A DNA stretch of 64,000 nt from Candidatus Latescibacterota bacterium (GCA_964291625.2 OZ220089.1:2496001-2560000), one strand, 5' to 3'. Counted from the stretch's first letter, positions 17,021-27,996 are shown. Numbers and translations are program-made. The notes: a model not told the origin generated them from the sequence alone.

Positions 17021-20000
17021 TCCGCGGCCGGGGCGACCGCCTCTGCCGGAACGACATCGGCGGGCTCCAGTCCGAGGGTGGCCAGCTGGGCCTCGAGGGC
17101 TCGGCGGGACTGCTCGCGGCAGGCCGAGGCGGCCTCCGCCCAGCCTTCGACCAATGCCGCGGCGTGCGCCGCCGCCTCGGTCAGTTCATCGACGTGCCGC
17201 CCGCCTCGCGCCTCGTCGGCGCAGATGCGGCGGTAGTCGCAGAAGCGGCACGGACCGCCGCCGTTCTTGTCCCCCTTGTGCAGGGCCGGGTAGAATCCCT
17301 CCCTGGCCAGCTCGAAGAGAGGCTGCAGGATTCCTGCCAGCACATCCGCGGTCGGGGGCTCTTCCGCAAGACGCTGGCCAGAGCCCCGGTCCGAGGCGAA
17401 GAAGTACCCGGCGCGCCGGACCTCCCCGCTCCCGAGCAGCCTCGGAAGGGCGAGGGAGTACAGGGCCCACTGCAGATTGCGGCCTCCGGCCAGGAGATCC
17501 GACGAGTCATACCCCCAGGTGCTGCCCGTCTTGTAGTCCCAGATCTCGTAGTCGTCGGTACCTTCGACATGGTCGACCCTGTCGATGCGCCCCCGCAGGC
17601 GGAACCCGACCCGGGCCGACAGGGGAACCTCCACGCCCTCCCCACCGCCGAAGTCCCACTCGAGGCGGCGAGCCGTGATCGCCGGATCCTGTTCCATGCG
17701 CTGCGCCTCGGCGAACAGGAAGATGCGGCAGGCGCGCTCGATCCTTCGGCAGTCGTTGCGGAAAGCCGATTCCAGCGGCGTCGGGATCCGCTCTCCCCAC
17801 CTGGCGATCGCCTCGGCCGCAAGCTCTTCCAGCTCGGATTCGTGAGCCGCCGAGGGACGATCCCCGCGCTCGCCGAGTCTCCGCATGTAGGTCAGGAAGA
17901 GATCGTGGAGCAGCGAGCCCATCTCGACAGGCTGCAGCCATCGGCGCGAGTCCCGCTCGGGCTCCTCGAGAGCGCGCACCCCCAGCACGTCCCGCCACAG
18001 GTAGCGGCGGGGACAGACCGCCAGGGTCTCCAGCATGCGGCTCGACAGGACCCGTGGCCCCTGGAGGTCGAGGGCCTGCTCCCCCGGAGCGGCGATCCAG
18101 CCATCGAAGCGGCTGGGGACGCTCGCCGCCCTCGCCTCCTGGACCCGGGCCCCTCGCTCAGCGTCCGGGTACGCCGCGGCGACCGATTCCCGGTACCCCG
18201 GTTGTCCCCTGTGGCCCAGGACGATCTCGAGATCGTCGGCTGCCCCCGCCTCCAGCTCCGACGGCAGGGGCCACTTCCAGCACGGCTCGATGCCGAGCTG
18301 ATCCCTGGCCAGCTCGAAGAGGGGCGTCGGGTAGGGCTCACGGCCATCGGCCAGGTGCAGGGAGCAGGCCACCAGCGTCACTTCGCCCGCGGCGGCGCCG
18401 AGCAGACGAACCAGCTGGAAGACCGCATCCCCCGGCCGCGACCGCTCCGAACGCAGGCCGAGGGCCCGCCGCGACTCCTCCGGCAGCAGCGGGTCCGGGG
18501 AGCCGGCGCCGGGAAAGTGGACCTCGTCGAGCCCCATGACGTACAGGTGCCGGCGGAAGGTGTAGCCGGCGCCATCGAGGGGCGCCACATGCAGGCGGCC
18601 TGGACGGGCTCCCTGTGCATCCACACCCATGCCCCCCACCGCCTCCAGCAGCCGGCTCGCCTGCTCAGCCGGGGTGCCGCTGAGCTCCGGCCCTCGGGAC
18701 ACCTCGTGCAGGCGAGCCTGCAGCACCTCGCTGGCGAGGGCGTCCCTGTCGCTGCCGGCTCCGCGGCCGGCCGGATTCCCGGCTCTCAGGAATCCGGCGG
18801 CGGCCTCCGCCATCGACGCCAGGGAACACGGCCCTTCGGGAACCCACGAGTGCAGTCGCTCCAGGTGCTCTCGCGCCCGCCGGGCCGTGGCAACGGCCGG
18901 GGGGTCCCAGCCCTCGGGATCAGGCTCCTCGGCTTCGACGCGATCCAGCGCCTCGGCGGCGGCTCCGGGACCCCGGCCGACCCGGCCGGCCAGCAGGAGA
19001 TGGGCGACGGCCCGCGAAGGAGCATCGGAATCCTCCCAGCCCATGTCGCCGCACCTCAGGCCGCGGGCGAGGTCGACCCCGTCCAGGCCGTCGCGGATCC
19101 ACCCTAGAAAGGCCGCCAGGGCGCGGCCCGGATGGGTCCTCTCGACGGGGGCCCCCACTGCGAAATCGGCCGGCAACTCCCAACGCTCCACCGCGTCGAA
19201 CAGCAGGAACCGGTAGGGATCTCCGCGGGTGTAGACGATCTCGACCTCATCCAGGGGTATGCCGCGGTGGAGCACATCCCTCAGGACGGCTCGGATCTCC
19301 GTTTCCATCCCGATCGTGCGCCATAGCCGGACCCGGTCCCGGTCGGCGGCCTCCAGGCCCTTTTCGAGAATCCGCCCCCCCGGTGCCGCCTCGACGGCTC
19401 GCGAGGCCGGTCCGGCCGGTGGCCCCAGCCGTCCGCGCGGCAGCGCCTTCTCGCCGGCGCGCAGCTGTTCCAGGAACAGGTCGCCTTGCTCCAGCGGTCC
19501 GGTACGCCGGGATGGAGAGCCGGACCGCGGCGCCACCGGGGGTTGGCTCTCTCCTTGGGCTGCCGCGCCGGCCGCCGTCTTCGCCAGGCCGGGGATCGGG
19601 GCCCCCGCCCAGCGGACCGCGGCGCTGTGCGCGGGAGCCGGCATTCCGTAGGAGCCCCGGCCGATGCGATGCAGCCGGCCACCGGAAACGGCGAGGACGT
19701 ACCGGTGAGCCAAGGGAGGCATCTCGGTCTCGTCGGTGAGGATCCACACGGCCGGGGGGTGGGCGTCGCCGCCCTCCACGGCATCGATGGCGGCGCTCAG
19801 GATGCGGGCATCGTCCCACCAACCCTGGTCCAGGAGCTCCTTGCAGTAGGCGGCGTACACGGGACCGAGCCCGGCAAACGGCCCCGGTGGGAGCTCGCCG
19901 ATTCTCTCAGGGGTGATCTCGGCAGCGCGAAGCTCGTCGAAGGTCCGCTGCAGGGCCGCTGCCAGTCCGGCTCCCGCGGCCCCTGTTGAGGGGCGGATGC

Positions 20001-20277
20001 CCTCACCTGCCGGTCCCGCAAGCACCGCCTCCACGAGCCATCGGCGCCCGTCCCGACCGGGGCGGCGTGTCCCTGCTCCTGGCTCGGAAGTACGGATGCG
20101 CTCCCGCGCATGCCGGGCCGGAGTGGTGACGCGCAGGTTCGTCCAGGACCGTCCGTAGCGCGTCAGGGCGCCGGCCAGGTTGTACCCGGCGCGGTGGGAG
20201 GGCTCGAAGAGGATCTTGGTCTGCAGGGGATGGGCGCGGCAGAGCTCTTCGAGCTGCCGCAGGGGATAGGGGATCAT
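17005..20277 (-). CDS. addB: AddB-like subunit with C-terminal PD-(D/E)XK nuclease and 4Fe-4S staple
   Basis: S...LE....CPRRY, GSLLH, LRGRIDRVD, DYKTG, LQ..LY, CRFCDYRRIC; directly upstream of and overlapping addA. Confidence 0.8.
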   Translation of the reverse strand: MIPYPLRQLEELCRAHPLQTKILFEPSHRAGYNLAGALTRYGRSWTNLRVTTPARHARERIRTSEPGAGTRRPGRDGRRWLVEAVLAGPAGEGIRPSTGAAGAGLAAALQRTFDELRAAEITPERIGELPPGPFAGLGPVYAAYCKELLDQGWWDDARILSAAIDAVEGGDAHPPAVWILTDETEMPPLAHRYVLAVSGGRLHRIGRGSYGMPAPAHSAAVRWAGAPIPGLAKTAAGAAAQGESQPPVAPRSGSPSRRTGPLEQGDLFLEQLRAGEKALPRGRLGPPAGPASRAVEAAPGGRILEKGLEAADRDRVRLWRTIGMETEIRAVLRDVLHRGIPLDEVEIVYTRGDPYRFLLFDAVERWELPADFAVGAPVERTHPGRALAAFLGWIRDGLDGVDLARGLRCGDMGWEDSDAPSRAVAHLLLAGRVGRGPGAAAEALDRVEAEEPDPEGWDPPAVATARRAREHLERLHSWVPEGPCSLASMAEAAAGFLRAGNPAGRGAGSDRDALASEVLQARLHEVSRGPELSGTPAEQASRLLEAVGGMGVDAQGARPGRLHVAPLDGAGYTFRRHLYVMGLDEVHFPGAGSPDPLLPEESRRALGLRSERSRPGDAVFQLVRLLGAAAGEVTLVACSLHLADGREPYPTPLFELARDQLGIEPCWKWPLPSELEAGAADDLEIVLGHRGQPGYRESVAAAYPDAERGARVQEARAASVPSRFDGWIAAPGEQALDLQGPRVLSSRMLETLAVCPRRYLWRDVLGVRALEEPERDSRRWLQPVEMGSLLHDLFLTYMRRLGERGDRPSAAHESELEELAAEAIARWGERIPTPLESAFRNDCRRIERACRIFLFAEAQRMEQDPAITARRLEWDFGGGEGVEVPLSARVGFRLRGRIDRVDHVEGTDDYEIWDYKTGSTWGYDSSDLLAGGRNLQWALYSLALPRLLGSGEVRRAGYFFASDRGSGQRLAEEPPTADVLAGILQPLFELAREGFYPALHKGDKNGGGPCRFCDYRRICADEARGGRHVDELTEAAAHAAALVEGWAEAASACREQSRRALEAQLATLGLEPADVVPAEAVAPAAEWMRE

Positions 20278-20297
20278 GGCCCGAGCCGGAGGGTTCT

Positions 20298-21650
20298 TCA
20301 GTCCGAGAAGAACTCGGCGTACAAGGATCGCACGGCGGTCTGCATGTCCGCTTCCTTGACGCCGAACATCATGCTCACCTCGCTCGATCCCTGATTGATC
20401 ATCTCCAGGTTGATCCCGCTCCGTGCGAAGGCCCCCGTGGTCCTCGCCGCGAGTCCGACGGTGTGGCGCATACCCTCGCCGACGACCATCACCAGGGCCA
20501 GTCCCCGCTCCACCGAGACCTCGTCGGCTTCCAGTTCCGTGCGCAGGCGGCGCAGGACCCGCTCCTCGGTGACGTGATCGAAGAACTCCTCGCGGACGAT
20601 GACGGAGAGGTTGTCGATTCCCGAAGGAGTGTGCTCGTAGGGGATGGCCTCGTCCTCGAAGACCTCGAGGAGCCGCCGGCCGAAACCGACCTCGCGGTTC
20701 ATCAGGTACCGGCTGACGTATACGGTGCAGAAGCCACCGGTGGCCGCGATGCCGGCTACCGGAGTTCCCTCCACCTGCCGGTCGGGCACGATCAAGGTGC
20801 CGGCGGCCTCGGGACTGTTGGTATTCTTCACCGCCACCGGGATGCCGCCGTGGAACACGGGCTCCAGGGCCTCGTCGTGAAAGACCGAGAACCCGGCGTA
20901 GGACAGCTCCCGCATCTCCCGGTAGGTGATCTCGAGGACAGGCCGAGGATCCGGGACCAGCCGCGGGTTGGCGGCGAAGACCGAGTCCACATCCGTAAAG
21001 TTCTCGTAGAGGGCGGCGCCCACGGCGGCAGCGAGGATGGCGCCGGTGATGTCGGATCCGCCCCGTGGAAAAGTGACGAGACGGCCCGATTCCGTGTAAC
21101 CGTAGAACCCCGGGAAGACCGTGATCCCGGGCCGCTCCCGCAGCGACCGCAGGTTTCCGTAGGACTGGCGCAGAACCCGGGCGTTGCCCGCCTCGGCGGA
21201 CAGGATCAGGCCGGCTTCCAGGGGATCGATGAAGTGAGCCTCCACACCGCGGCTGCGCAGGTACTCGGCCACGAGGCGCCCGCAGTTGCACTCGCCCGCG
21301 GCCTTCATCGAATCGAGGTAGTGGTCCTCATCGCCGGTGTCGGCGGTCAGGCGTTGGCGCAGATCGATCTCGATTCCGCGCAGGCAGGCGTCCGGAAGCT
21401 CGAGTCCCCTTGCCAGGTCGGCGAACCGGCTCACCGCCACCGTCAGCTCTGCCTCGCCGGACCGATGGGTGAGCCGAGCCTCTGCGGCGGCGATCAGCAG
21501 ATCCGTGACCTTGGTATCATCGGCGTCCCTCCGGCCCGGGGCGCTGACCACCACCAGCCGCCGCTCGCCATCGGCGGCCAGGATATCGCCGACCTTGCGG
21601 ATCTGTTCGGCCGTGGCCAGGGAGCTGCCCCCGAACTTCACCGTCTTCAC
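20298..21650 (-). CDS. Aspartate kinase (YclM/AK-III-like) with ACT domains
   Basis: KFGGSSLA, VVVSAPG, TFPRGGSDITGA, YENFTDVD, MRELSYAGFSVFH. Confidence 0.93.
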   Translation of the reverse strand: MKTVKFGGSSLATAEQIRKVGDILAADGERRLVVVSAPGRRDADDTKVTDLLIAAAEARLTHRSGEAELTVAVSRFADLARGLELPDACLRGIEIDLRQRLTADTGDEDHYLDSMKAAGECNCGRLVAEYLRSRGVEAHFIDPLEAGLILSAEAGNARVLRQSYGNLRSLRERPGITVFPGFYGYTESGRLVTFPRGGSDITGAILAAAVGAALYENFTDVDSVFAANPRLVPDPRPVLEITYREMRELSYAGFSVFHDEALEPVFHGGIPVAVKNTNSPEAAGTLIVPDRQVEGTPVAGIAATGGFCTVYVSRYLMNREVGFGRRLLEVFEDEAIPYEHTPSGIDNLSVIVREEFFDHVTEERVLRRLRTELEADEVSVERGLALVMVVGEGMRHTVGLAARTTGAFARSGINLEMINQGSSEVSMMFGVKEADMQTAVRSLYAEFFSD

Positions 21651-21663
21651 AGAGCCGAGACCT

Positions 21664-23010
21664 TCAATCCGGCCGCAGCCGCACGCGCCGCTGGCCCATG
21701 GGCTTGGCCCCGGCCGGCTCGATCTCCGGGGCCCGCTCCCCGGCCTCGACCATTCGCCGGATCAGTCGGCCGCGCATCTCTTCGGCCACCGGCCGGTGAG
21801 CCTTGGAGGTGACGAGGTTCACCAGCTCCCAGGGGTCGGCGTGCAGGTCGTACAGGTACTGCTCCACGAAGCGCTCCGACCAGGGGCCGCGCTCCTCGGG
21901 CGCGTCGACACCATACTTCCAACGATCCGTGCGGACCGCCCGCCCGGTCTGGGCCTCGCTGATCTGCACGAAGACTTCCTCGGGCCAGTCCGCAGGCCCG
22001 CCGCCCCCCCCCAGCAACGGCAGGATCGACCGGCCCTGCATCGCCTCGGGCACCTCCAGGCCGGCCGCCTCGAGCAGGGTCGGCGGGAGATCGATGAGGC
22101 TCACCAGCTCCTGCACCTCGCCGCCGCCGCGGAAGCTCGGACCGGAGAGCACCGTGGGCACGCGGATGGAACTGTCGTGGCAGGAGCGCTTGTACTCGGA
22201 GTTGCGGGTCTTGAAGTGGTTGCCGTGGTCGGAGGTGAAGAGCACGATCGTCTCCTGCGCCAGGTCCAGGCTCTTCAGCGCGTCCAGCAGGCGGCCATAC
22301 GCTTCGTCGAGGCGCTTCACCATGCCGTAGTAGCCGCCCAGGTGCCGGTGGGCCGACCCGCCGAGGGCGGCCAGGTCCGTCGGCACCCATCCGCCGGTAT
22401 AGCGCTCGCGGTAGCCGTCGGGCGGCGGGTAGTCGTCGATGTGGTTCTGATGGTGGGGCTCGATGTAGGAGATGAAGAGGAAGAACGGGTCCTGCTTCGC
22501 GGCTCTCCCGTCGACGTAGCGGATCGCCGCGTCGGTGACCGCGTCGACGCGGTACCCGGGCAGCTTCACCTCCTCGCCCTCGCCGTCGTACATCACGGTG
22601 TCGTAGGCGTCGGACGTGAACTCGAGCACGTTGGAGGCCAGCCAGTAACGGTAGCCGAAGCGCTTGTCGGCCGGGACGGGACCCCTGCACTCGCGGTCGT
22701 GGAGATGCCACTTGCCGATGTAGGCCGTGTCGTAGCCCGCCTCGCCGAAGTGATGGGCCAGGGTGCGGCTGTCGTCGGGGAGGGGGATGGCGTTGCGGTA
22801 GCATCCCGTGGTGGTGGCGTAGAGCCCGGTCTGCAGGCAGGCGCGGGCCGGGCCGCAGACCGGCTGGCAGGTGAAGGACTTGGCCACGTGGGTGTGGGCC
22901 CGGGCGACGCGGTCGAGGTTGGGCGTCAGATCGAGAGGATTGCCGTGGAGGCCCGTCGTGTCCCACCGCTGCTGATCGGTGAAGAACACGATGACATTGG
23001 GGCGGCTCAT
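21664..23010 (-). CDS. Formylglycine-dependent sulfatase
   Basis: PNVIVFFTDQQR, CGPAR (CxPxR), TAYIGKWHL, PH, FTSDHG. Confidence 0.92.
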   Translation of the reverse strand: MSRPNVIVFFTDQQRWDTTGLHGNPLDLTPNLDRVARAHTHVAKSFTCQPVCGPARACLQTGLYATTTGCYRNAIPLPDDSRTLAHHFGEAGYDTAYIGKWHLHDRECRGPVPADKRFGYRYWLASNVLEFTSDAYDTVMYDGEGEEVKLPGYRVDAVTDAAIRYVDGRAAKQDPFFLFISYIEPHHQNHIDDYPPPDGYRERYTGGWVPTDLAALGGSAHRHLGGYYGMVKRLDEAYGRLLDALKSLDLAQETIVLFTSDHGNHFKTRNSEYKRSCHDSSIRVPTVLSGPSFRGGGEVQELVSLIDLPPTLLEAAGLEVPEAMQGRSILPLLGGGGGPADWPEEVFVQISEAQTGRAVRTDRWKYGVDAPEERGPWSERFVEQYLYDLHADPWELVNLVTSKAHRPVAEEMRGRLIRRMVEAGERAPEIEPAGAKPMGQRRVRLRPD

Positions 23011-23014
23011 CGGC

Positions 23015-24421
23015 TCAGCCAGGGCGGACCATCCTCTCCGGCCGGACCTTCTCGGCGAACTCCTCCTCGGTCAGCAGGCCGAGCTCCACTGCGGCCTGCA
23101 CGAGAGTGGTGCCCTCGGCGTAGGCCTTCTTGGCTACCCTGGCGGCGTTGTCGTAGCCGATGTGGGGGTTCAGGGCCGTCACCAGCATCAGGGACTCGCG
23201 CATCAGCTCGTCGATGCGCTCGCGGTTCGCCTCGATGCCGGTGGCGCAGTGCTCGTCGAAGCTGTGCACCGCGTCGGTCAGCAGGCGCGACGAGTGCAGC
23301 AGATTGTGGATCATGACTGGCTTGTACACGTTCAGTTCGAAGTTGCCCTGGGAGCCGCCGAACCCCACCGCGGCGTCGTTCCCCATGACCTGCACGCAGA
23401 CCATGGTCAGGGCCTCGCACTGCGTCGGGTTGACCTTGCCCGGCATGATGGAAGAGCCGGGCTCGTTCTCCGGAATGCGGATCTCGCCGATCCCGCACCG
23501 GGGCCCCGAGGCCAGCCAGCGGACATCGTTGGCGATCTTCATCAGGGACCCGGCGATCGTCCGCAGCATGCCCGACGCCTCGACCACGGCGTCGTGGGCG
23601 GCCAGGGATTCGAACTTGTTCGGCGCCGTGACGAAGGGCTGGCCCGTGACCTCGGCGATTCGGCCGGCCACGGTGACCGCGAAGTCCCTGTGGGCGTTGA
23701 GTCCGGTGCCCACGGCCGTTCCCCCCAGGGCGAGCTTGTAGAGGGGCTGCAGGGCCTGAGCCGCGCGCCGGATCCCCTCCCGCAGCTGGTGGGCGTGGCC
23801 GGACAGCTCCTGGCCCAGGGTCAGGGGCGTGGCGTCCTGCAGGTGGGTGCGACCGATCTTAATGACATCGCCATAGGCAGCCGACTTGGCCTCGATGGTT
23901 GCGGCCAGCTGCTGCAAAGCCCCCAGGAGCTGGTTCTCGATGGCGTCGGCGGCCGCGATGTGCATGGCCGTGGGAAAGACGTCGTTGGAGGACTGCCCCC
24001 GGTTGACGTGGTCGTTCGGATGGACCGGGCTCTTCGAGCCCATCTCTCCCCCCGCCATCTCGATGGCGCGGTTCGAGATCACCTCGTTGGCGTTCATGTT
24101 CGACTGCGTTCCCGAGCCCGTCTGCCAGACCACGAGGGGGAAGTGGTCGTCCAGAGTGCCGTCCGCCACCTCCGTGGCGGCCTCGGCGATCAGGCCGGCG
24201 AGTTCCGCATCGAGCGTGTCCAGCTCCTCGTTGGCCAGGGCCGACGCCTTCTTGACCACCCCGAGGGCCCGTATCATCTCCCGCGGGAACCGGTCGGCGC
24301 CGATGCGGAAATTCTGCAGGGACCGCTGTGTCTGGGCACCCCAGTAGCGGTCGGACGGGACCTCGATCTCGCCCATGCTGTCGGACTCGATTCTCACCTT
24401 CATCTCCTCAACGGCTCCCAT
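23015..24421 (-). CDS. fumC: Class II fumarate hydratase
   Basis: [52 protein letters not shown]. Confidence 0.97.
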   Translation of the reverse strand: MGAVEEMKVRIESDSMGEIEVPSDRYWGAQTQRSLQNFRIGADRFPREMIRALGVVKKASALANEELDTLDAELAGLIAEAATEVADGTLDDHFPLVVWQTGSGTQSNMNANEVISNRAIEMAGGEMGSKSPVHPNDHVNRGQSSNDVFPTAMHIAAADAIENQLLGALQQLAATIEAKSAAYGDVIKIGRTHLQDATPLTLGQELSGHAHQLREGIRRAAQALQPLYKLALGGTAVGTGLNAHRDFAVTVAGRIAEVTGQPFVTAPNKFESLAAHDAVVEASGMLRTIAGSLMKIANDVRWLASGPRCGIGEIRIPENEPGSSIMPGKVNPTQCEALTMVCVQVMGNDAAVGFGGSQGNFELNVYKPVMIHNLLHSSRLLTDAVHSFDEHCATGIEANRERIDELMRESLMLVTALNPHIGYDNAARVAKKAYAEGTTLVQAAVELGLLTEEEFAEKVRPERMVRPG

Positions 24422-24424
24422 CTG

Positions 24425-25744
24425 TCAGTAGTCCTGCAAGGTTGCCTGTGCTTCCTGCTGCAAGCGGGTCAGGGAGCTCTTCACCTCGGCCCCTTGAACC
24501 ACCCTCACCACGGTGCGGCTGATCAGCCGGCGCACCGCCTCGTACCCGGGCAGGGACGGCTCCGCCTTTCCGTACTCGAGCAACTGGTAGGCGCTGGCAT
24601 ACCGGGGATTCTGCTCGAGGTAGTCGGCGAGCAACCGCCGGGTGCTCTTGCGAGCGGGGAAGTAGTTGCTCGCCTTCACCCAGCGGGCCTGTTGCGGCGG
24701 CTCGGTGAACCACTTCAGGAAGAGCCAGGCGGCCAGCTGGCGCTCGGGTGTCGTGCGGCACACGGAGATGCTGGCGCCGTAGAAGTTGACCAGAGGCTCC
24801 GGCCCCGCCTGGGGCGGCGGCGCCACCCCCCAGTCGAAGTCCGCCCCCGAGGCCACTCCCTCCTGCACGAAGGGCAGCCCCGAGGTCGAGCGAAGCATGA
24901 ACAGAGCCTCTCCGATGTTGAATGCCGTCTGATCTCCATAGGCCTCCCCCATCAGCTCAACCGCCCCCTCCGCGGCCAGCTCCTGCATGAGCTGCAGGGA
25001 GGCGGCCATCTCCGGGGTGTCCAGCCGGTACGAGGTGCCCGCCGGATCGAGGAAATCCCCCCCGCGGGAGAAGGTCATCGACGCGGCCCGGGACGCATCC
25101 ACGTCGAGGACGAATCCAAGACTGCGCACCCCGGCCGGGTTTCCGCTGAAGGGCTGGTCCCGTGCGGCGCGGCACAGCCGGGCGAACTCCGCCCACGTCT
25201 CCGGTGGCCCGGGGGCTCCGAGCTCCCGCAGCCAGTCCAGATTGTGGTACAGGACCTCGATCGAGCGGTTCGGCGGCAAGGCGATCTGCCGTCCTTCGAT
25301 GCGGTCCTGAAGCAGGAAGGCCTCCACGTAGTCGGCCGCCGCCGCCGGATTCAGCCCCCACCTCGCGGAGGTCATGTACGGGATCAGGTCGACGATCCCG
25401 TCGGCCAGCAGGTATTCCCACGCCTGATTCTGGTAGGCCACCACGAGGTCCGCCACGCTGCCGCCCTGCAGTCCCACCACCATCTTGTTGTAAATGTCGC
25501 CGTAGCTCCCGGCGAATTCGCCGCGCACCTGGATCCCGTGCGGATTCGTCCCGTTGAAGTCGGCGATCATCTCCTGCAGGGCCTGCTCGCGGGCCCTCTG
25601 GTGCTGGTACCAGAACACGACCTCCTGGCCCTGCGGGTCCACCGCTTCCAGGTCGACCGCCGGTGCCGGCGCGTCCCCGCCGCCGCAGCCCGCGGCGAGC
25701 CCGGCGGCCGCCGCCATCCACCATTTGTGGAGCTTCGGCCTCAT
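24425..25744 (-). CDS. Carbohydrate ABC transporter extracellular solute-binding lipoprotein
   Basis: Lipobox LAAGC; SBP family 1 features (LYHNLD..., PETWAEF, AAWLFLKWFT); ATG overlaps upstream stop. Confidence 0.85.
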   Translation of the reverse strand: MRPKLHKWWMAAAAGLAAGCGGGDAPAPAVDLEAVDPQGQEVVFWYQHQRAREQALQEMIADFNGTNPHGIQVRGEFAGSYGDIYNKMVVGLQGGSVADLVVAYQNQAWEYLLADGIVDLIPYMTSARWGLNPAAAADYVEAFLLQDRIEGRQIALPPNRSIEVLYHNLDWLRELGAPGPPETWAEFARLCRAARDQPFSGNPAGVRSLGFVLDVDASRAASMTFSRGGDFLDPAGTSYRLDTPEMAASLQLMQELAAEGAVELMGEAYGDQTAFNIGEALFMLRSTSGLPFVQEGVASGADFDWGVAPPPQAGPEPLVNFYGASISVCRTTPERQLAAWLFLKWFTEPPQQARWVKASNYFPARKSTRRLLADYLEQNPRYASAYQLLEYGKAEPSLPGYEAVRRLISRTVVRVVQGAEVKSSLTRLQQEAQATLQDY

Positions 25745-26595
25745 CCCTTCATCCCCGACATGGAGATGCCCTCCGTGAACTCCCTCTGCACCAGGGCATA
25801 CACCACCAGGACCGGCACCGTGGCGATCACCGCGCCCGCCATCTGCAGGTGGACCTCCGGACCGGCCTCGGTGACGAACTTCTGCAGGCCCACGGCGATC
25901 GGCCGCCACGCCGGGGTGTTGGTCACCAGCAGCGGCCAGCCGAGGGCGTTCCAGGAGCCGATGAAGGCGAGCATCCCCACCGTCAACAGGGGAGCGCGGC
26001 ACAAGGGCAACACCACCTGAAACAGAAAGCGCAGGTGGCCGGCGCCATCGATGCGGGCGGACTCCCACAAGTCGCCAGGGATCCCGCGCATGAACTGACG
26101 CAGCAGGAAGACACTGAAGGCGCTGGTCATGAAGGGAATCGTCAGGCCGGGCCAGTTGTTGAGCCAAGGCACCGGACTGACCCGGTGCAGCCCCGACACA
26201 GTGAGGAAGTTCGGCACCATGGTCACCGTCTCCGGCACCATGAGCGTCGCCAGGATGACGACGAAGATCGCCTCGCGGCCGGGGAATCGAATGCGGGCCA
26301 GGGGGTAGGCGGCCATCAGCGAGAACAGCAGAGTGCCGCCGACCACGAGGACCGAGATGATCACGGAGTTCACGAAATATAGACCGAAGTCCTCCTCGCT
26401 CCAGGCCACGGCGTAGTTGGCCCATTGCAGCGATGCCGGCAGGGCAGCCCGGCGGAGGGTCTCGCCCCGCGTCATGAAGGAGGACATGACCATCCACACG
26501 AAGGGGAAGGCGGCCAGCACGCCGGCCATGATCAGGCTGGCGGTGGTCAGTGGGCCGGTGAGACGGCGCGAATTTCCGGCTGTGGCAGCGATCAG
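25741..26595 (-). CDS. Carbohydrate ABC transporter permease
   Basis: AAYPLARIRFPGRE, EAA loop DLWESARIDGAG; start ATG 26529 or CTG 26595. Confidence 0.9.
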   Translation of the reverse strand: MIAATAGNSRRLTGPLTTASLIMAGVLAAFPFVWMVMSSFMTRGETLRRAALPASLQWANYAVAWSEEDFGLYFVNSVIISVLVVGGTLLFSLMAAYPLARIRFPGREAIFVVILATLMVPETVTMVPNFLTVSGLHRVSPVPWLNNWPGLTIPFMTSAFSVFLLRQFMRGIPGDLWESARIDGAGHLRFLFQVVLPLCRAPLLTVGMLAFIGSWNALGWPLLVTNTPAWRPIAVGLQKFVTEAGPEVHLQMAGAVIATVPVLVVYALVQREFTEGISMSGMKG

Positions 26596-27722
26596 GTCTC
26601 TCCGTAGAACACGCGGCGGCCGAGCAGGCGGTTCTGGAAGAGGGTCAGGGCCAGGATGACGACGAACAGGACGAGGGCCAGGGTCGAGGCATAGCCGGCG
26701 TTGTGAAACTGGTAGATCTGGTCAAAGATCAGAATGCTGACCACGTCTACCGTGTCCTGGGCACCGGCGGTGCGCATGATGTAGATGTGGTTGAATGCCT
26801 TGAAAGTGCCGATCACGGCGATGAGGCTGACGAAGAACAGAGCTGGAGACAACAGGGGCAGGGTGACGTGGCGGAAGGTCTGCCAGGAACTGGCGCCGTC
26901 GATCTCTGCCGCTTCGAAGTAGTGCCGCGGGATCGCGCTCAGACCCGCCAGCAGGATCACGGTGTCATAGCCGATGTATACCCATACGTTGTACACGCAT
27001 ACGCAGACGAGGGCCAGGCTGGGGAAGGCCGCGTCCAGCCACGCCGGGCAGGACGCGCCCATGGCTTCGAGGAGAAGGGCGGCCAGGCTGCGGCTCTCGT
27101 ACAGCCAGCCCTGGTCCGAGCCGCCCAGACCCAGCCAGATCCGGTTGGCAAGCGACCCGGGATTGGGGCTGAAGATCGTGCGGAAGACGACCGCCGTGGC
27201 GATCATCGGGGTGATGTAGGGCAGGAAGAACAGGACGCGCAGGAACCCGCGTGCCGTGAGGACCCGGAACAGCATGTAGGCCAGCAACATCGCTCCGGCG
27301 ACCTCGAAGGGGATCGTGCCGAGAGCGTAGAAGGCCGTGACCTTCATGGCGTTGATCAGACGGACATCGCCGTTGGCGCCGAGGCCGAGGAGCCCGACGA
27401 GCAGCGACAGCCCCCCCGCCGCCAGGGCGAGGCCCCTTGCCCCCGGAGGGACCCGCCGGCTGCCCGGCGGGTCCCGGGACCACAGACTCAGGGCACACCA
27501 CAGGATGGCCAGTCCGGCCAGGGCGCACAGGATCCACTGCGGCTCCCCGAGGGCGCGCTCATAGTGGCGCCACCCGACGAAGGCCTCCCGCTTGATCCTC
27601 CACCGGTGCAGGCTGACGAACAGGGCATAACCGATCGGGAAGAGCCCGAACAGCCCCAGCACGAGCAGCGCCGGGGACATCAGCGCCCACGCCAGGAAGG
27701 CTTCGTTGCGACGGCCTGTCAA
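26592..27722 (-). CDS. Carbohydrate ABC transporter permease
   Basis: FFLPYITP, EAA loop YFEAAEIDGASSWQTFRHVTLPLLSP; TTG start inferred downstream of tRNA hairpins. Confidence 0.88.
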   Translation of the reverse strand: MTGRRNEAFLAWALMSPALLVLGLFGLFPIGYALFVSLHRWRIKREAFVGWRHYERALGEPQWILCALAGLAILWCALSLWSRDPPGSRRVPPGARGLALAAGGLSLLVGLLGLGANGDVRLINAMKVTAFYALGTIPFEVAGAMLLAYMLFRVLTARGFLRVLFFLPYITPMIATAVVFRTIFSPNPGSLANRIWLGLGGSDQGWLYESRSLAALLLEAMGASCPAWLDAAFPSLALVCVCVYNVWVYIGYDTVILLAGLSAIPRHYFEAAEIDGASSWQTFRHVTLPLLSPALFFVSLIAVIGTFKAFNHIYIMRTAGAQDTVDVVSILIFDQIYQFHNAGYASTLALVLFVVILALTLFQNRLLGRRVFYGET

Positions 27723-27733
27723 ACCGAAATGGA

Positions 27734-27790
27734 AGCGTCCCCGGAGCGGCCAGCTCCGGGGACGCTGAGGAGCGTCACGAACGTGACGCC
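27734..27790 (-). terminator. Two hairpins 3' of the tRNA operon (processing/termination)
   Basis: AGCGTCCCCGGAGC/GCTCCGGGGACGCT 14-bp stem and GCGTCACG-AA-CGTGACGC stem. Confidence 0.55.
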
Positions 27791-27792
27791 GA

Positions 27793-27866
27793 TGGCTGCC
27801 CCCCAGGGATTCGAACCCCGATAACATGATCCAGAGTCATGTGTCCTACCATTGAACGAGAGGGCA
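27793..27866 (-). tRNA. tRNA-Gln (CTG)
   Basis: Cloverleaf; anticodon arm CATGA-CT-CTG-GA-TCATG; GGTTCGAATCC T arm; encoded CCA. Confidence 0.95.
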
Positions 27867-27879
27867 TCACTGAGAGATC

Positions 27880-27971
<92 letters not shown>

Positions 27972-27996
27972 ACGGCACCCGAACCGCAGTCGTTTC

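Noticed and set aside
17005-21291. 1428-aa ORF suggesting a giant AddB fusion
   Set aside because: The N-terminal ~337 aa are an alternate frame of the aspartate kinase gene; the real start is ATG 20277
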